A stretch of 58,194 nt of DNA from the NCBI GenBank assembly GCA_025361085.1, contig JANYAX010000001.1, positions 1-58,194 on the forward strand, read 5' to 3'. Each line of letters opens with the position of its first letter. Positions within the stretch are counted from its first letter, which is position 1. The stretch comes from Candidatus Nomurabacteria bacterium. GTDB taxonomy: Bacteria; Patescibacteriota; Minisyncoccia; Phycocordibacterales; UBA9973. A model generated the notes under the pieces. The model did no database searches. It was not told the DNA's origin and saw only the letters and a list, made by a program, of their open reading frames with translations. Of the stretch, positions 8,529 through 17,939 are shown one piece after another. A program made the translations under genes and the position numbers.

Positions 8529-9167
8529 ATGGAAAATAATATAAAACTTGTTTGTTTTGATTTAGATCAAACTTTAATTGAGCAAAATAGTTGGTACAAG
8601 CTTAATCTTGGGCTTGGTGTTACTGCGGATGAAGATAAGGGTCTTTTTGAAAAATATATAAAAGATAAATTTTCTTACAAGGAATGGAATCAAGAACTAC
8701 TAAAACTTTTTAAAGAAAGGAATAAAGCCAATAAAACAAACATCACAAATATTCTCTCTGAATACACTTTAAAAGATGGAGCGCGAGAAATAATTGAATA
8801 CTTGAAACAAAAAGGATATATTGTTGCGATAATATCTGGTTCAATTGATATTCTGGTAGATATTGTTGCTAAAGATCTAGGAGTTAAATACAGAAGAGCA
8901 TGTAATAAATTTGTATTTGATGACCAGGATATGTTAGAAAGCATTATTACGGATGAAAAAGATTCAATCCACAAAGTAGTTATTCTTCAATCAATTTGTG
9001 AAGAATCAGATATTAGAATGAATGAATGTGTATGTATTGGTGATGGGTCTAATGATCTCCCTCTTTTTGTGGAAACGGGTCATGGTATAACTTTTAAATC
9101 TTCGGTTATAGAGGCAGATGCTTGGAAAATAATTAATAATTTATTGGAGGTTAAAGAAATTTTATAA
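8529..9167 (+). CDS. HAD-superfamily hydrolase, phosphoserine-phosphatase-like
   Basis: Motif I CFDLDQTL (DxDxT) and motif IV GDGSNDLP. Confidence 0.8.
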   Translation: MENNIKLVCFDLDQTLIEQNSWYKLNLGLGVTADEDKGLFEKYIKDKFSYKEWNQELLKLFKERNKANKTNITNILSEYTLKDGAREIIEYLKQKGYIVAIISGSIDILVDIVAKDLGVKYRRACNKFVFDDQDMLESIITDEKDSIHKVVILQSICEESDIRMNECVCIGDGSNDLPLFVETGHGITFKSSVIEADAWKIINNLLEVKEIL

Positions 9168-9211
9168 TCTCTCTATGTTGGGTGTATATAGTAAGGACCG
9201 CCCTTGCTACT

Positions 9212-9313
9212 AAAACCGACGCCAGTGAAAATGGAATCGGCGAAAATAATCTCGGCAAATTATTAATGGAAATCAGAAGTGAGATCAAAAATGGCCAACA
9301 ACTTGTTGTATAA
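9212..9313 (+). pseudogene. Displaced 3' fragment of a NADAR gene (contains the right copy of the 66-bp repeat, 9218-9283)
   Basis: Reads KTDASENGIGENNLGKLLMEIRSEIKNGQQLVV-stop in the same frame as the intact gene but has no upstream coding body. Confidence 0.8.
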
Positions 9314-9433
9314 TATTATATATGAATAATCAAATAACACTTCAATGTTGAATGTACCCTTTTGTGAGATTTGACTTATTTATCAATCTGTCTTAATGTA
9401 TATTTAAATATTCACATTTTAATAATTACGTTT

Positions 9434-10381
9434 ATGACAGAAATTAGATTTTATCCTGGACAAACGAAACCGCCTTATCAAGGTAAAGTTCGTACTGTAT
9501 CAGATGTCGGAGAATTTTTGGTGGCGGAAACTACCAACAGAATTTCGGCATTTGATGTCGTGTTACCACCTGAGATTCCCTACAAAGGGGCCGTTCTCAA
9601 CCTTATGGCCTATTATTTCATGAAAGCCACAGAGGACATCATTCCTAATTGCATTCTGGATGTTCCTCATCCGAGAGTTGCAATTTGGAAAAAGACGACC
9701 CCGTTTAAGTTCAAGGTTATAGTCAGAGCCTTCAATACCGGCTCTCTCTACAAAAACTATACTTCAAAAGGGAAAGCAAATCCTTGGGGGTATGAGTTGC
9801 CCGAGCTTAAAAAGAATGAGAGATCGCCATTCCTCATGGTCACACCCACCACAAAAGCAGACCATGGCCACGATGAAGATATTTCGTGGGAAGAGATTGT
9901 TGAGCGCAATATTGCTACCCAGAAGGAATGGGGTTACATCTGTGGCATTGCTCTTGAACTTTTCCGTTGCGGTGCTGTGATGGCTGATATCTTTGGTCTC
10001 ATACTCGTAGACACCAAATACGAATTTGGGAAAGATGACGAAGGCAACATATACCTTATTGACGAAGTTCATACACCGGACTCAAGTCGCTACTGGTATA
10101 AAGATACCTACATGTTTTCTTTTATGAGAAAGGAAGAACCGAAGGCGCTCTCGAAAGAGTTCGTGCGTAAGTGGCTTGTTGATCATGGGTTTCAATGTAA
10201 CGAAGGTGATGTGATGCCAGAGTTCCCCCCTCTTTTCGTCAGAGAAATTTCCGACCGTTATCTGGAGCTTTACCAGATGATGAATTTGCTACTTGAAGAG
10301 GTGACGGGAGAAGAAGGTGGCTCTGAAGACCTCTACAACAGAGTTTGTCAGTCGCTCGAAAAATTGAGGCAGAAGAAATGA
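9434..10381 (+). CDS. purC: SAICAR synthetase
   Basis: RISAFDVV, LILVDTKYEFG and DEVHTPDSSRYW motifs; ATG 9434 chosen over the TTG at 9371. Confidence 0.85.
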   Translation: MTEIRFYPGQTKPPYQGKVRTVSDVGEFLVAETTNRISAFDVVLPPEIPYKGAVLNLMAYYFMKATEDIIPNCILDVPHPRVAIWKKTTPFKFKVIVRAFNTGSLYKNYTSKGKANPWGYELPELKKNERSPFLMVTPTTKADHGHDEDISWEEIVERNIATQKEWGYICGIALELFRCGAVMADIFGLILVDTKYEFGKDDEGNIYLIDEVHTPDSSRYWYKDTYMFSFMRKEEPKALSKEFVRKWLVDHGFQCNEGDVMPEFPPLFVREISDRYLELYQMMNLLLEEVTGEEGGSEDLYNRVCQSLEKLRQKK

Positions 10382-10405
10382 CATAAACCCGGTGATTTTA
10401 CTTGG

Positions 10406-10438
10406 AGTCAGACATTGTTAAAAATGTCTGACTTTTTT
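10406..10438 (+). terminator. Intrinsic terminator after purC
   Basis: AGTCAGACATT-loop-AATGTCTGACT followed by TTTTT. Confidence 0.85.
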
Positions 10439-10445
10439 GTTTTAT

Positions 10446-10469
10446 ACTGCGAGGCAAGGCCTCGCGGTA
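10446..10469. terminator. GC hairpin ACTGCGAGGC-AA-GCCTCGCGGT (probable terminator of the convergent glycosyltransferase gene)
   Basis: Inverted repeat read directly; related to the hairpin at 7105-7119. Confidence 0.5.
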
Positions 10470-10489
10470 TTTCATGGTGAAGTAAGTTT

Positions 10490-11605
10490 TTATTTTTTAA
10501 TTATCTCGAGACACTTTTGCCAAATATCGTCGAAGACTTTTTCCCATGTATAATTTTTAATAAAGTTTGCTCCGTTAGTTAGCATTTCATTTTGCAGGAC
10601 AGGATTGTCTAATATCATGTTTATCTTTTCATAAAAATCTTTTGAATTTTTTGGTTCACAAAGTAGTCCAATATTTTTATTTTCTATCAATACTTTTATC
10701 CCACCGATATTTGCCAAGACAGGGATTATTCCAGAAGACATGGCCTCAAGTGGCACATTTGCGAAGTTCTCAGTACTTGATGCCGAGAAGAATAGATCAG
10801 ACGATGCATATGCTTCCGATAAATCCTTTCCACCAATATGCCCGAGGAATATCGCTTCTGGCATCGCATCTTCGAGCTCTTTTTTTATTGGGCCATCACC
10901 GGCGATGACGACTACAAAATCGTCGCGTTTCTTTTTTAGTAAATTATATGTTTCAATAAAAGTTCTAAAATCTTTATACCAAATCAATCTTCCGACATAT
11001 AATATTATTTTTTTATTTTCACCTTTCAGAATTTTATTTCGCCATTCATTTGAATAAAATGATTTATTAAATCTTGTTGGTTCTACTCCCCAAGGAATTG
11101 TATATGTCTTTTTTATGCCAAGGTTTATAAGTTCTTGGCTCACGGTATGAGATGGGGAAGTCACGAAATCCATTTTTTTATAAAGTTTTCTCAACATCTC
11201 CCACACAAGTGGTTCGAGTGCTGAAAGATAATAGTAGCTAAGATATTGGCAGAAGTTTGTATGATAAGTTGCGACGATTGGGATCTTATTCTTTTTTGCA
11301 TATTTGAGAGCTGCCCAAGCGATCGTATCTGGACTATGAACGTGGATAATATCGGGCTTAAATTCACCCAAGGCTTTTTCGAAGCCACGCATTCCTGGCA
11401 GTGGCAATTTGTAATCTTTATATAATGGGAATGGTACCGATGATACCTCGATGACTTTTGATGTTGTTATCGATGGGTCTTCAGCCCAGCCTGTAACAAT
11501 CATTGTCTCTATTCCTCTCTTTTGTGCTTCACGTACTAAAGATAAGATAACGCTGGTTACTCCGTCTTCTACTTTAAATGTACCAAGAAAATAAGCTATT
11601 TTCAT
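10490..11605 (-). CDS. GT-B fold glycosyltransferase (family 4-like)
   Basis: 371 aa; C-terminal ENFANVPLEAMSSGIIPV segment typical of GT4 enzymes. Confidence 0.85.
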   Translation of the reverse strand: MKIAYFLGTFKVEDGVTSVILSLVREAQKRGIETMIVTGWAEDPSITTSKVIEVSSVPFPLYKDYKLPLPGMRGFEKALGEFKPDIIHVHSPDTIAWAALKYAKKNKIPIVATYHTNFCQYLSYYYLSALEPLVWEMLRKLYKKMDFVTSPSHTVSQELINLGIKKTYTIPWGVEPTRFNKSFYSNEWRNKILKGENKKIILYVGRLIWYKDFRTFIETYNLLKKKRDDFVVVIAGDGPIKKELEDAMPEAIFLGHIGGKDLSEAYASSDLFFSASSTENFANVPLEAMSSGIIPVLANIGGIKVLIENKNIGLLCEPKNSKDFYEKINMILDNPVLQNEMLTNGANFIKNYTWEKVFDDIWQKCLEIIKK

Positions 11606-11609
11606 ATGT

Positions 11610-12014
11610 TTAATTTTTTAAAGAATCAGAGATTCTTTTTCTTAAGTTACTTGAAGAATAATTGTGATCACGAGTATTATAAATTATTTTAATTGGCAGA
11701 TCATCACCGGTGAATGGTTTGCCACGGTGATCTTCTCCCAAAAATCTAACATCGGGGTTTAATTTTTCTAGTAATTCATACAAATCAGTTTCTGTCTCAT
11801 AAAGAATTATATGATCAATATACTTACAACCTTCAAGTTTTACTTTTCTTTCCTCGATTGTTTCAATAGGTTTATTCTTTTCTGGTCTATCAATGCTTGG
11901 GTCTGTCTGGAGACCAACAATAAGAAAATCACATTGATTACGAATTTCTTTAAACATCATAATGTGTCCTGCATGCAATAAATCAAAAGCTCCGCAAGTA
12001 AATCCTTTTATCAT
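11610..12014 (-). CDS. Cytidylyltransferase-like protein (TagD / RfaE domain II-like)
   Basis: 134 aa; nucleotidyltransferase HxGH motif in CGAFDLLHAGH. Confidence 0.8.
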   Translation of the reverse strand: MIKGFTCGAFDLLHAGHIMMFKEIRNQCDFLIVGLQTDPSIDRPEKNKPIETIEERKVKLEGCKYIDHIILYETETDLYELLEKLNPDVRFLGEDHRGKPFTGDDLPIKIIYNTRDHNYSSSNLRKRISDSLKN

Positions 12015-12170
12015 AAATGTGATTTTTTTTAATGTATATATATTGTATCATATTACCCGCATTTGCGGGAATATGAATTCACGGTTGCGTTTTGAGTCTA
12101 AAAAGGATAGACTTCACTTTATAATAATAACAACCTGTCTAGTGTATAGACGGTTATCAATATAATATAT

Positions 12171-12737
12171 ATGGGAAATTTTCAAGGAGGAGGTAATAGA
12201 GGCGGTGGAGGTTTTAGAGGGGGCAGTAGAGGAGGGAATCATGGTGGAGGGTATCATGGTAGCAATGGTGGTGATAGAGCTGAAACGACAATGCATAAGG
12301 CTGTTTGTGATGAATGTCACAAGAGTTGTGAAGTTCCTTTCCGTCCATCAAGTGATAAACCAGTTTATTGTAATGATTGTTTCTCTAGTAAAAGAAAAGA
12401 CGATGATCGTGGTGGAAGAAAAGATTTCGGAGATCGTGGACCAAAAAGAGATTTCAACGACCGTGGGTCACAATCATTTGCAAAACCAGCACCTGTTCAA
12501 GGCGATATGTCAAAACAGTTGAGTGACATAAATACAAAACTCGATAAGTTAATCAATGCGATCGGGAATCTTTCTGGCCAAAAAGTAGAATCAAAACCAG
12601 AAACAAAAACATCTACTATCGCAGTAAAAACTGAAGTCAAAAAAATACCAGTTGCTAATGCAAAAGTAAAAAAGGTTGTAGTAAAAGTTCCAGCTAAAAT
12701 AGTAGCGAAGAAAGTAGTTACAAAAAAGAAGAAATAA
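12171..12737 (+). CDS. CxxC-x17-CxxC domain protein with an RGG-rich N-terminus and a Lys-rich tail
   Basis: CDECHKSCEVPFRPSSDKPVYCNDCF; N-terminus GGGNRGGGGFRGGSRGG; C-terminus KKVVVKVPAKIVAKKVVTKKKK. Confidence 0.7.
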   Translation: MGNFQGGGNRGGGGFRGGSRGGNHGGGYHGSNGGDRAETTMHKAVCDECHKSCEVPFRPSSDKPVYCNDCFSSKRKDDDRGGRKDFGDRGPKRDFNDRGSQSFAKPAPVQGDMSKQLSDINTKLDKLINAIGNLSGQKVESKPETKTSTIAVKTEVKKIPVANAKVKKVVVKVPAKIVAKKVVTKKKK

Positions 12738-12745
12738 AAAGTGAA

Positions 12746-12777
12746 CAACAAAAGTCCTCGAAAGAGGGCTTTTGTTG
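12746..12777 (+). terminator. Intrinsic terminator
   Basis: CAACAAAAGTCCTC-GAAA-GAGGGCTTTTGTTG. Confidence 0.8.
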
Positions 12778-12794
12778 TGTTAATATAAAATTAT

Positions 12795-13196
12795 ATGAGT
12801 AGAGTATTTAAAATATATTTCAGATTGAGAAGAAAACCAATAAAAAGAACAAGAAGGGTCAGTAGAGAATATCTGGAAAATAAAGAAAAAGCATTATTTT
12901 TAGCCAAAGAAAGATTAAACTACTTCAATGACTTTTATCATTTTAAATGGAATAATGTAACAATAAAAAATCAAAAGACGAGATGGGGGAGTTGTTCGCG
13001 AAAAGGGAATATCAATTTTAATTATCGGATCGCCACAATCCCACAAAAATATTCTGACTATATTATTGTCCACGAATTATGTCATCTTGAAGAGTTTAAC
13101 CACTCCGATAAGTTTTGGAATCTAGTCTCTAAAACCATCCCTGGTTGGAAAGAAATACGAAAAAATTTAAGAAAGAATAGTCTCAGTGTTAATTAG
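12795..13196 (+). CDS. YgjP/DUF45-like zinc metallohydrolase (short form)
   Basis: WGSCS followed by HELCHLEEFNH (HExxH). Confidence 0.7.
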   Translation: MSRVFKIYFRLRRKPIKRTRRVSREYLENKEKALFLAKERLNYFNDFYHFKWNNVTIKNQKTRWGSCSRKGNINFNYRIATIPQKYSDYIIVHELCHLEEFNHSDKFWNLVSKTIPGWKEIRKNLRKNSLSVN

Positions 13197-13239
13197 AAAC
13201 TTTCAATTTTGTCAAAAATGTTGTAAAGTAAGCACTTAT

Positions 13240-14712
13240 ATGGCCAATAATGAAATCGTAATACGATTCGAAAAAGTTTCATTTGAATATGGGTACAATA
13301 AACCGATATTGGACGCGGTTGATTTTTCTGTTCGTCGAGGGATGAAAGTTACAATCATGGGTCAAAACGGGGCTGGGAAAAGTACAATTTTTTCATTAAT
13401 CACGGGAATTCAACATCCTGAGGATGGAGTAATAAATATTACACAGAGAAATACAATCGCACTTGGAAGACAAGTAATCTCTCGTGATGAGCTTGACCTG
13501 ACAGTTAGAGAATTTTTTGCAAAATGCTTCAAAGAGAAAATATACGACATCGATCCGAGGATTGATGATGTTCTAGAAGTTGTAAATTTGAAAGGTCACG
13601 AAAAGGTTCACGAAAGAATTGTGAGATCTTTTTCTGGTGGTCAGCAAGCGCGTTTGCTTCTTGCTTCGGCACTCATTCAAGAGCCAGATATTTTACTTCT
13701 AGATGAACCCACCAATAATCTTGATAAAGCAGGTATTGCACATTTAACAGACTTTTTAGTTAAATACAAAAAAACTGTTATTGTTATTTCTCACGACGCA
13801 GACTTTTTAAATAGATTTACTGATGCCGTTCTTTATCTCGATGTTTACACAAAAAAGATTGAACAATATGTTGGTAACTATACAGATGTACGAGATCAGA
13901 TCACAACCCGAATGGAGCGAGAGAATCGCAAAAATGCGTTACTATCAAAAGAAATTATTGCCAAGAAAGAACAAGCAAATGCTTTTGCGATGAAAGGTGG
14001 TAACTTGCGTTTAGTAGCGAAGCGAATGCGCGAACTCGCTGAAGAACTCGAAGAAGAAAAAGTTGATGTTCGTAAGGAAGACAAAACCATTAGGCCTTTT
14101 GTCATACCGATCCAAGAAGATATAAATGGAGATATTGTTGTTCTGTCTTCGATTTCTATTTATAAAAATCACAAAGTCAAAAAAATAAAAGTAAATTTAA
14201 AACTTCGTAAAAATAAACATTTGCTTCTTTCTGGTCCAAATGGAATAGGGAAGAGTACATTACTTGAATTAATTTCAAGCAGAAAAGAAGAAGGAGTTGT
14301 CATCTCACCCGATGTGCGGATCGGGTATTACCGTCAAGATTTTTCGACTCTTGATTTTAATGACACGGTCTATGAATCATTAGCTGATACTTCGAGAAAA
14401 GTGATCGGGAAAGTAAATGAAGAAGCGATTCGTTCTACTGTCGCAGGATTTCTAATTACTGGAGATATGGTTTACACAAAAATTGGCAGTTTATCAGAAG
14501 GGCAAAAAGGGCTTGTGGCTTTTGCCAAGCTGGTACTGACTCGCCCGGGGTTACTGATACTCGATGAGCCAACCAACCATATCAATTTCCGTCACTTGCC
14601 TGTTATTGCAAAAGCGCTTAGTGATTACAAGGGGGCGATGATCCTCGTCTCACACACTCCCGAATTTGTGGAGCAAATCCGTATCGATGAAATTCTTGAC
14701 TTAGATAAATAG
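13240..14712 (+). CDS. ABC-F family ATPase (translation-associated type)
   Basis: Two ABC cassettes (GQNGAGKST/LLLDEP and GPNGIGKST/LILDEP) joined by a charged linker; no TM domain. Confidence 0.9.
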   Translation: MANNEIVIRFEKVSFEYGYNKPILDAVDFSVRRGMKVTIMGQNGAGKSTIFSLITGIQHPEDGVINITQRNTIALGRQVISRDELDLTVREFFAKCFKEKIYDIDPRIDDVLEVVNLKGHEKVHERIVRSFSGGQQARLLLASALIQEPDILLLDEPTNNLDKAGIAHLTDFLVKYKKTVIVISHDADFLNRFTDAVLYLDVYTKKIEQYVGNYTDVRDQITTRMERENRKNALLSKEIIAKKEQANAFAMKGGNLRLVAKRMRELAEELEEEKVDVRKEDKTIRPFVIPIQEDINGDIVVLSSISIYKNHKVKKIKVNLKLRKNKHLLLSGPNGIGKSTLLELISSRKEEGVVISPDVRIGYYRQDFSTLDFNDTVYESLADTSRKVIGKVNEEAIRSTVAGFLITGDMVYTKIGSLSEGQKGLVAFAKLVLTRPGLLILDEPTNHINFRHLPVIAKALSDYKGAMILVSHTPEFVEQIRIDEILDLDK

Positions 14713-14784
14713 TCGTCTAATTAATAGAGATAAAATTAATTAATCATGGTATAATATAGATACTTATTATTAATATATAATTAT

Positions 14785-15489
14785 ATGCAATTTACTTTCA
14801 AAATTGGTTCAAAAATAAAAGAAGCATGGGTTATCTACAAAGAAAATCTCAGTATTTTTTTATTGTTGGCGCTCATGACTTTTATAATAAAAGCATTGGG
14901 GTCAAAAGATAACAGTTTGTTGACAGTTATAACATTTTTTGTCGGTTTGGTTCTATCTTACATCTGGATACGTTTTGGTTTGGATTTGGTTGATAAAAAA
15001 GCATCAGATCCATTCTCTCAAAAAGCGTTACCTACACTTAAGCAGTATTGGAATTTTCTAAAAACAACCGTTCTTGTTTTCCTTTGTATTTTAGCGGGAT
15101 TTATTTTACTCATTGTTCCTGGTTTATATGTTTCTGGCCGTTTGGTTTTTGCGCTCTATATTTCTGTTGAGAAAAATCAAGGTGCGAGAGTTACAGTAAA
15201 AGAAGCTTGGGAAATGACAGATGGTTATGGGTGGAAATTATTCTGGAAGAGTGTTGTGATTGGGCTATTTATGATTGTTGGTTTCATCGCCTTCTTTATC
15301 GGTGGGTTCGTTACATACCCAGTAGGGTTCATCGTCTTTATCATTATGTATCGTGAATTTTTGAAAATGAAATCTATGGTATCTTCTACGACATCTTCTG
15401 TTACACCTGTCTCCGAGATAAAACAAGAAGAAAAAGTTGAACCAAAAGAAGAGGTGAAAGAAGAAGCCCCGCAAGCTGTTAATCACTAA
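14785..15489 (+). CDS. Integral membrane protein with a Glu/Lys-rich tail (hypothetical)
   Basis: 234 aa; several hydrophobic helices; no motif recognised. Confidence 0.55.
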   Translation: MQFTFKIGSKIKEAWVIYKENLSIFLLLALMTFIIKALGSKDNSLLTVITFFVGLVLSYIWIRFGLDLVDKKASDPFSQKALPTLKQYWNFLKTTVLVFLCILAGFILLIVPGLYVSGRLVFALYISVEKNQGARVTVKEAWEMTDGYGWKLFWKSVVIGLFMIVGFIAFFIGGFVTYPVGFIVFIIMYREFLKMKSMVSSTTSSVTPVSEIKQEEKVEPKEEVKEEAPQAVNH

Positions 15490-15500
15490 TTTGTTTTTTG

Positions 15501-15534
15501 AAAAAGCTGATAATTGTTATGTTATCAGCTTTTT
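15501..15534 (+). terminator. Intrinsic terminator
   Basis: AAAAAGCTGATAA-loop-TTATCAGCTTTTT. Confidence 0.85.
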
Positions 15535-15584
15535 CTTTTGTCAACGCGACAAAATGGTCGAATTATGCGTATAATATATGAGTA

Positions 15585-16166
15585 ATGACAAATCATGAAG
15601 ACTGTCCAAACAAAACGGATGACGAACTGGTCAAATTATCGCTTGGTAATTCGGATCATTTTTTGTGTTTAACAAGAAGATATGAGGGTAAATTACTTCA
15701 TTACATTATGAGAGTTACAAAATTTAGCCGTGATGATGCCGGAGATATTCTTCAAGATGTATTTGTCAAAACATATTATAATTTAAATGATTTCAATGAA
15801 GAGCTAAAGTTTTCTTCTTGGATATATCGCATAGCGCACAATCAAGCTGTAAGTGAAATAAGAAAAAAATCAGTTCGTCCAACCATCTCTCTCGAGAAGG
15901 AAGATATTGAAAGGTTTGAGGATAGTTTCGACGTTGTTAAAGATGTAGATAATTCTTTCGATAGGGAATTGATAAACGAAGTATTGTCACATTTAGACGA
16001 AAAATATCGTGAAGTTTTAATTCTCAGATTTTTAGATGAAAAAGATTATGTTGAGATTGCCGATATTTTGAAGAAGCCAGTTAGTACTGTCGGTAATCTG
16101 ATCGCAAGGGGCAAGAAACTTTTTAAAGAAGAGTATGACAAATTAGTAAATAAAGTCGGTAAATAA
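15585..16166 (+). CDS. ECF-type sigma-70 family sigma factor
   Basis: Region 2 (FSSWIYRIAHNQA) and region 4 HTH (YVEIADILKKPVSTVGNLIARGKK). Confidence 0.85.
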   Translation: MTNHEDCPNKTDDELVKLSLGNSDHFLCLTRRYEGKLLHYIMRVTKFSRDDAGDILQDVFVKTYYNLNDFNEELKFSSWIYRIAHNQAVSEIRKKSVRPTISLEKEDIERFEDSFDVVKDVDNSFDRELINEVLSHLDEKYREVLILRFLDEKDYVEIADILKKPVSTVGNLIARGKKLFKEEYDKLVNKVGK

Positions 16167-16178
16167 TTTTTTATTATT

Positions 16179-16898
16179 ATGGAAGAAAATAAAGATATAA
16201 GCCAAATAGCATTAGAAAGAATTAAGGAAAGTGGAATCAAACCAATTTCTAAAAAAGTCTTTAATCTAAAGAGGGTTCTCTTCTGGTCCCTTGTTGGGTT
16301 TGCTGTACTTGTCGGATCTGTATCATTTTCTATAACGGTTTCAATCTTGTTTAATAACGACTGGTATTTGTATAATAAATTTGGTTTCGGTTACATTTTG
16401 AAATCACTGCCATACTTTTGGCTTGTATGTTTGATTCTCTTCTCACTACTGGGCGAATTCTATTATCGCAAAACATTTTTGGGCTATCGTCATCGAATGG
16501 TCACTATCGTTGGGATCTATATAATACTAACTGTGGTGTTTGGAGTTATTTTACAATTGTTCGGCCTCGGGGAAACGATAGAGAAAACAGTCTCTCAAAA
16601 TATTCCTATTTATCATGTGGTAGTTTTTGATCTAGATGAGTTTTGGTTACAACCTAAAGTTGGGCTTCTTTCTGGCAAAATTGTATCTATAGAAAATGGA
16701 GATATAAAAATAATTGATTCGGGTAATATTATTTGGACAATAAAAACTGAAAATGCCTCTGTCGGGAATGCTACAAAAATACAAATAGGAGAATCTATAA
16801 AAATAGTTGGAGGTCAAGATGACGATGGTGTATTTAGAGCAGATCAGATCTACCCGATCAATAATAGCTTTAGTCAAAGTTGTTGTTCGGTGAGATAA
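16179..16898 (+). CDS. Membrane protein, probable cognate anti-sigma factor
   Basis: Directly follows the sigma gene; multi-TM core; C-terminal beta-rich module related to the ORFs at 21008 and 25314. Confidence 0.5.
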   Translation: MEENKDISQIALERIKESGIKPISKKVFNLKRVLFWSLVGFAVLVGSVSFSITVSILFNNDWYLYNKFGFGYILKSLPYFWLVCLILFSLLGEFYYRKTFLGYRHRMVTIVGIYIILTVVFGVILQLFGLGETIEKTVSQNIPIYHVVVFDLDEFWLQPKVGLLSGKIVSIENGDIKIIDSGNIIWTIKTENASVGNATKIQIGESIKIVGGQDDDGVFRADQIYPINNSFSQSCCSVR

Positions 16899-17004
16899 AA
16901 TCGGACGTGCTCGCGTATTATAAGTGTAAGTGAGTTATGAACACTTACACTTATAAACATTTAACTAAAACTTTGCGAGATGTAAACAAAGTAAAACAAA
17001 ATAT

Positions 17005-17334
17005 ATGAGAAATAAATTAATTATGAGCAGTTTGATGACTTTAGCGCTTGGTTTAGGAGTCTCAGGAACAGCTTTAGCAGATCAAGGAGATTTTTCCAGA
17101 AATGGCCCTAATTACACCTCGGATTTTGAGGCACAAATTACAGACGTAATGACAAATGGGGATTATTATGGATGGAAAGATTTAATTGAAAAAAGGGTTG
17201 GAGATGGTGTTACAGCAGACGTTATTACTAAAGATAATTTTGATAAATTTGTTGAAGCATGGAAGCTTGCAAATGAAGGTAAGATTAAAGAAGCAAATAT
17301 GATCAAGAGAGAGTTAGAGCATCCAACGGTATAG
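17005..17334 (+). CDS. Small secreted protein (hypothetical)
   Basis: Signal-peptide-like N-terminus MSSLMTLALGLGVSGTALA. Confidence 0.5.
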   Translation: MRNKLIMSSLMTLALGLGVSGTALADQGDFSRNGPNYTSDFEAQITDVMTNGDYYGWKDLIEKRVGDGVTADVITKDNFDKFVEAWKLANEGKIKEANMIKRELEHPTV

Positions 17335-17411
17335 TTGTCAGTGATGAAAAGACTTAAATGTTATATAAGCAAAATATGGGACAAGATATTTCAACATTTC
17401 GTCGCATAGCA

Positions 17412-17445
17412 AAAAAGCTCACAAGTTAATCGTGTGGGCTTTTTG
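17412..17445 (+). terminator. Intrinsic terminator
   Basis: AAAAAGCTCACA-loop-TGTGGGCTTTTT. Confidence 0.7.
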
Positions 17446-17540
17446 TTATATGATATTTTGTGTTGAATATAGTCAATCTATATGGATTAATGTTATAATG
17501 GTTAAGTTATCAATTAACTCGCTTATAGCGAAATAATAGT

Positions 17541-17936
17541 ATGAAAAAAGGATATAAAGATAATATTGAAGAATTAACTTTAGAAAATGATAATTTTCGT
17601 AAAGTTTTGTATACAGGTGAACATAGCCAACTTGTTCTCATGAGTTTACTGCCAAATGAAGAAATAGGAATGGAAATACACGAAGGGAATGATCAATTTT
17701 TCCGTTTTGAAAAAGGGAAAGGGAAGGTTATTATTGATGGAACAGAATATGATGTGAAGGATGGGGACGCTGTTATTGTTCCAAGTGGATCAAGACACAA
17801 CGTGATAGCAGGATTTGATGGGTTAAAACTTTACACGATATATTCTCCAGCACATCACAAAGATGGAATAGTCCGTGCGACTGCCGATGAAGCAGAAAGT
17901 GATGCCCCAGAGTTTGATGGTGTTACAACAGAATAA
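17541..17936 (+). CDS. Cupin-domain protein
   Basis: GMEIHEGNDQFF ... GDAVIVPSGSRHNV two-motif cupin pattern. Confidence 0.75.
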   Translation: MKKGYKDNIEELTLENDNFRKVLYTGEHSQLVLMSLLPNEEIGMEIHEGNDQFFRFEKGKGKVIIDGTEYDVKDGDAVIVPSGSRHNVIAGFDGLKLYTIYSPAHHKDGIVRATADEAESDAPEFDGVTTE

Positions 17937-17939
17937 TAA

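Noticed and set aside
9434-10381. purC and pyrD as evidence for complete de novo purine or pyrimidine pathways
   Set aside because: No neighbouring pur or pyr genes lie in the window. Pathway completeness cannot be judged from 58 kb.
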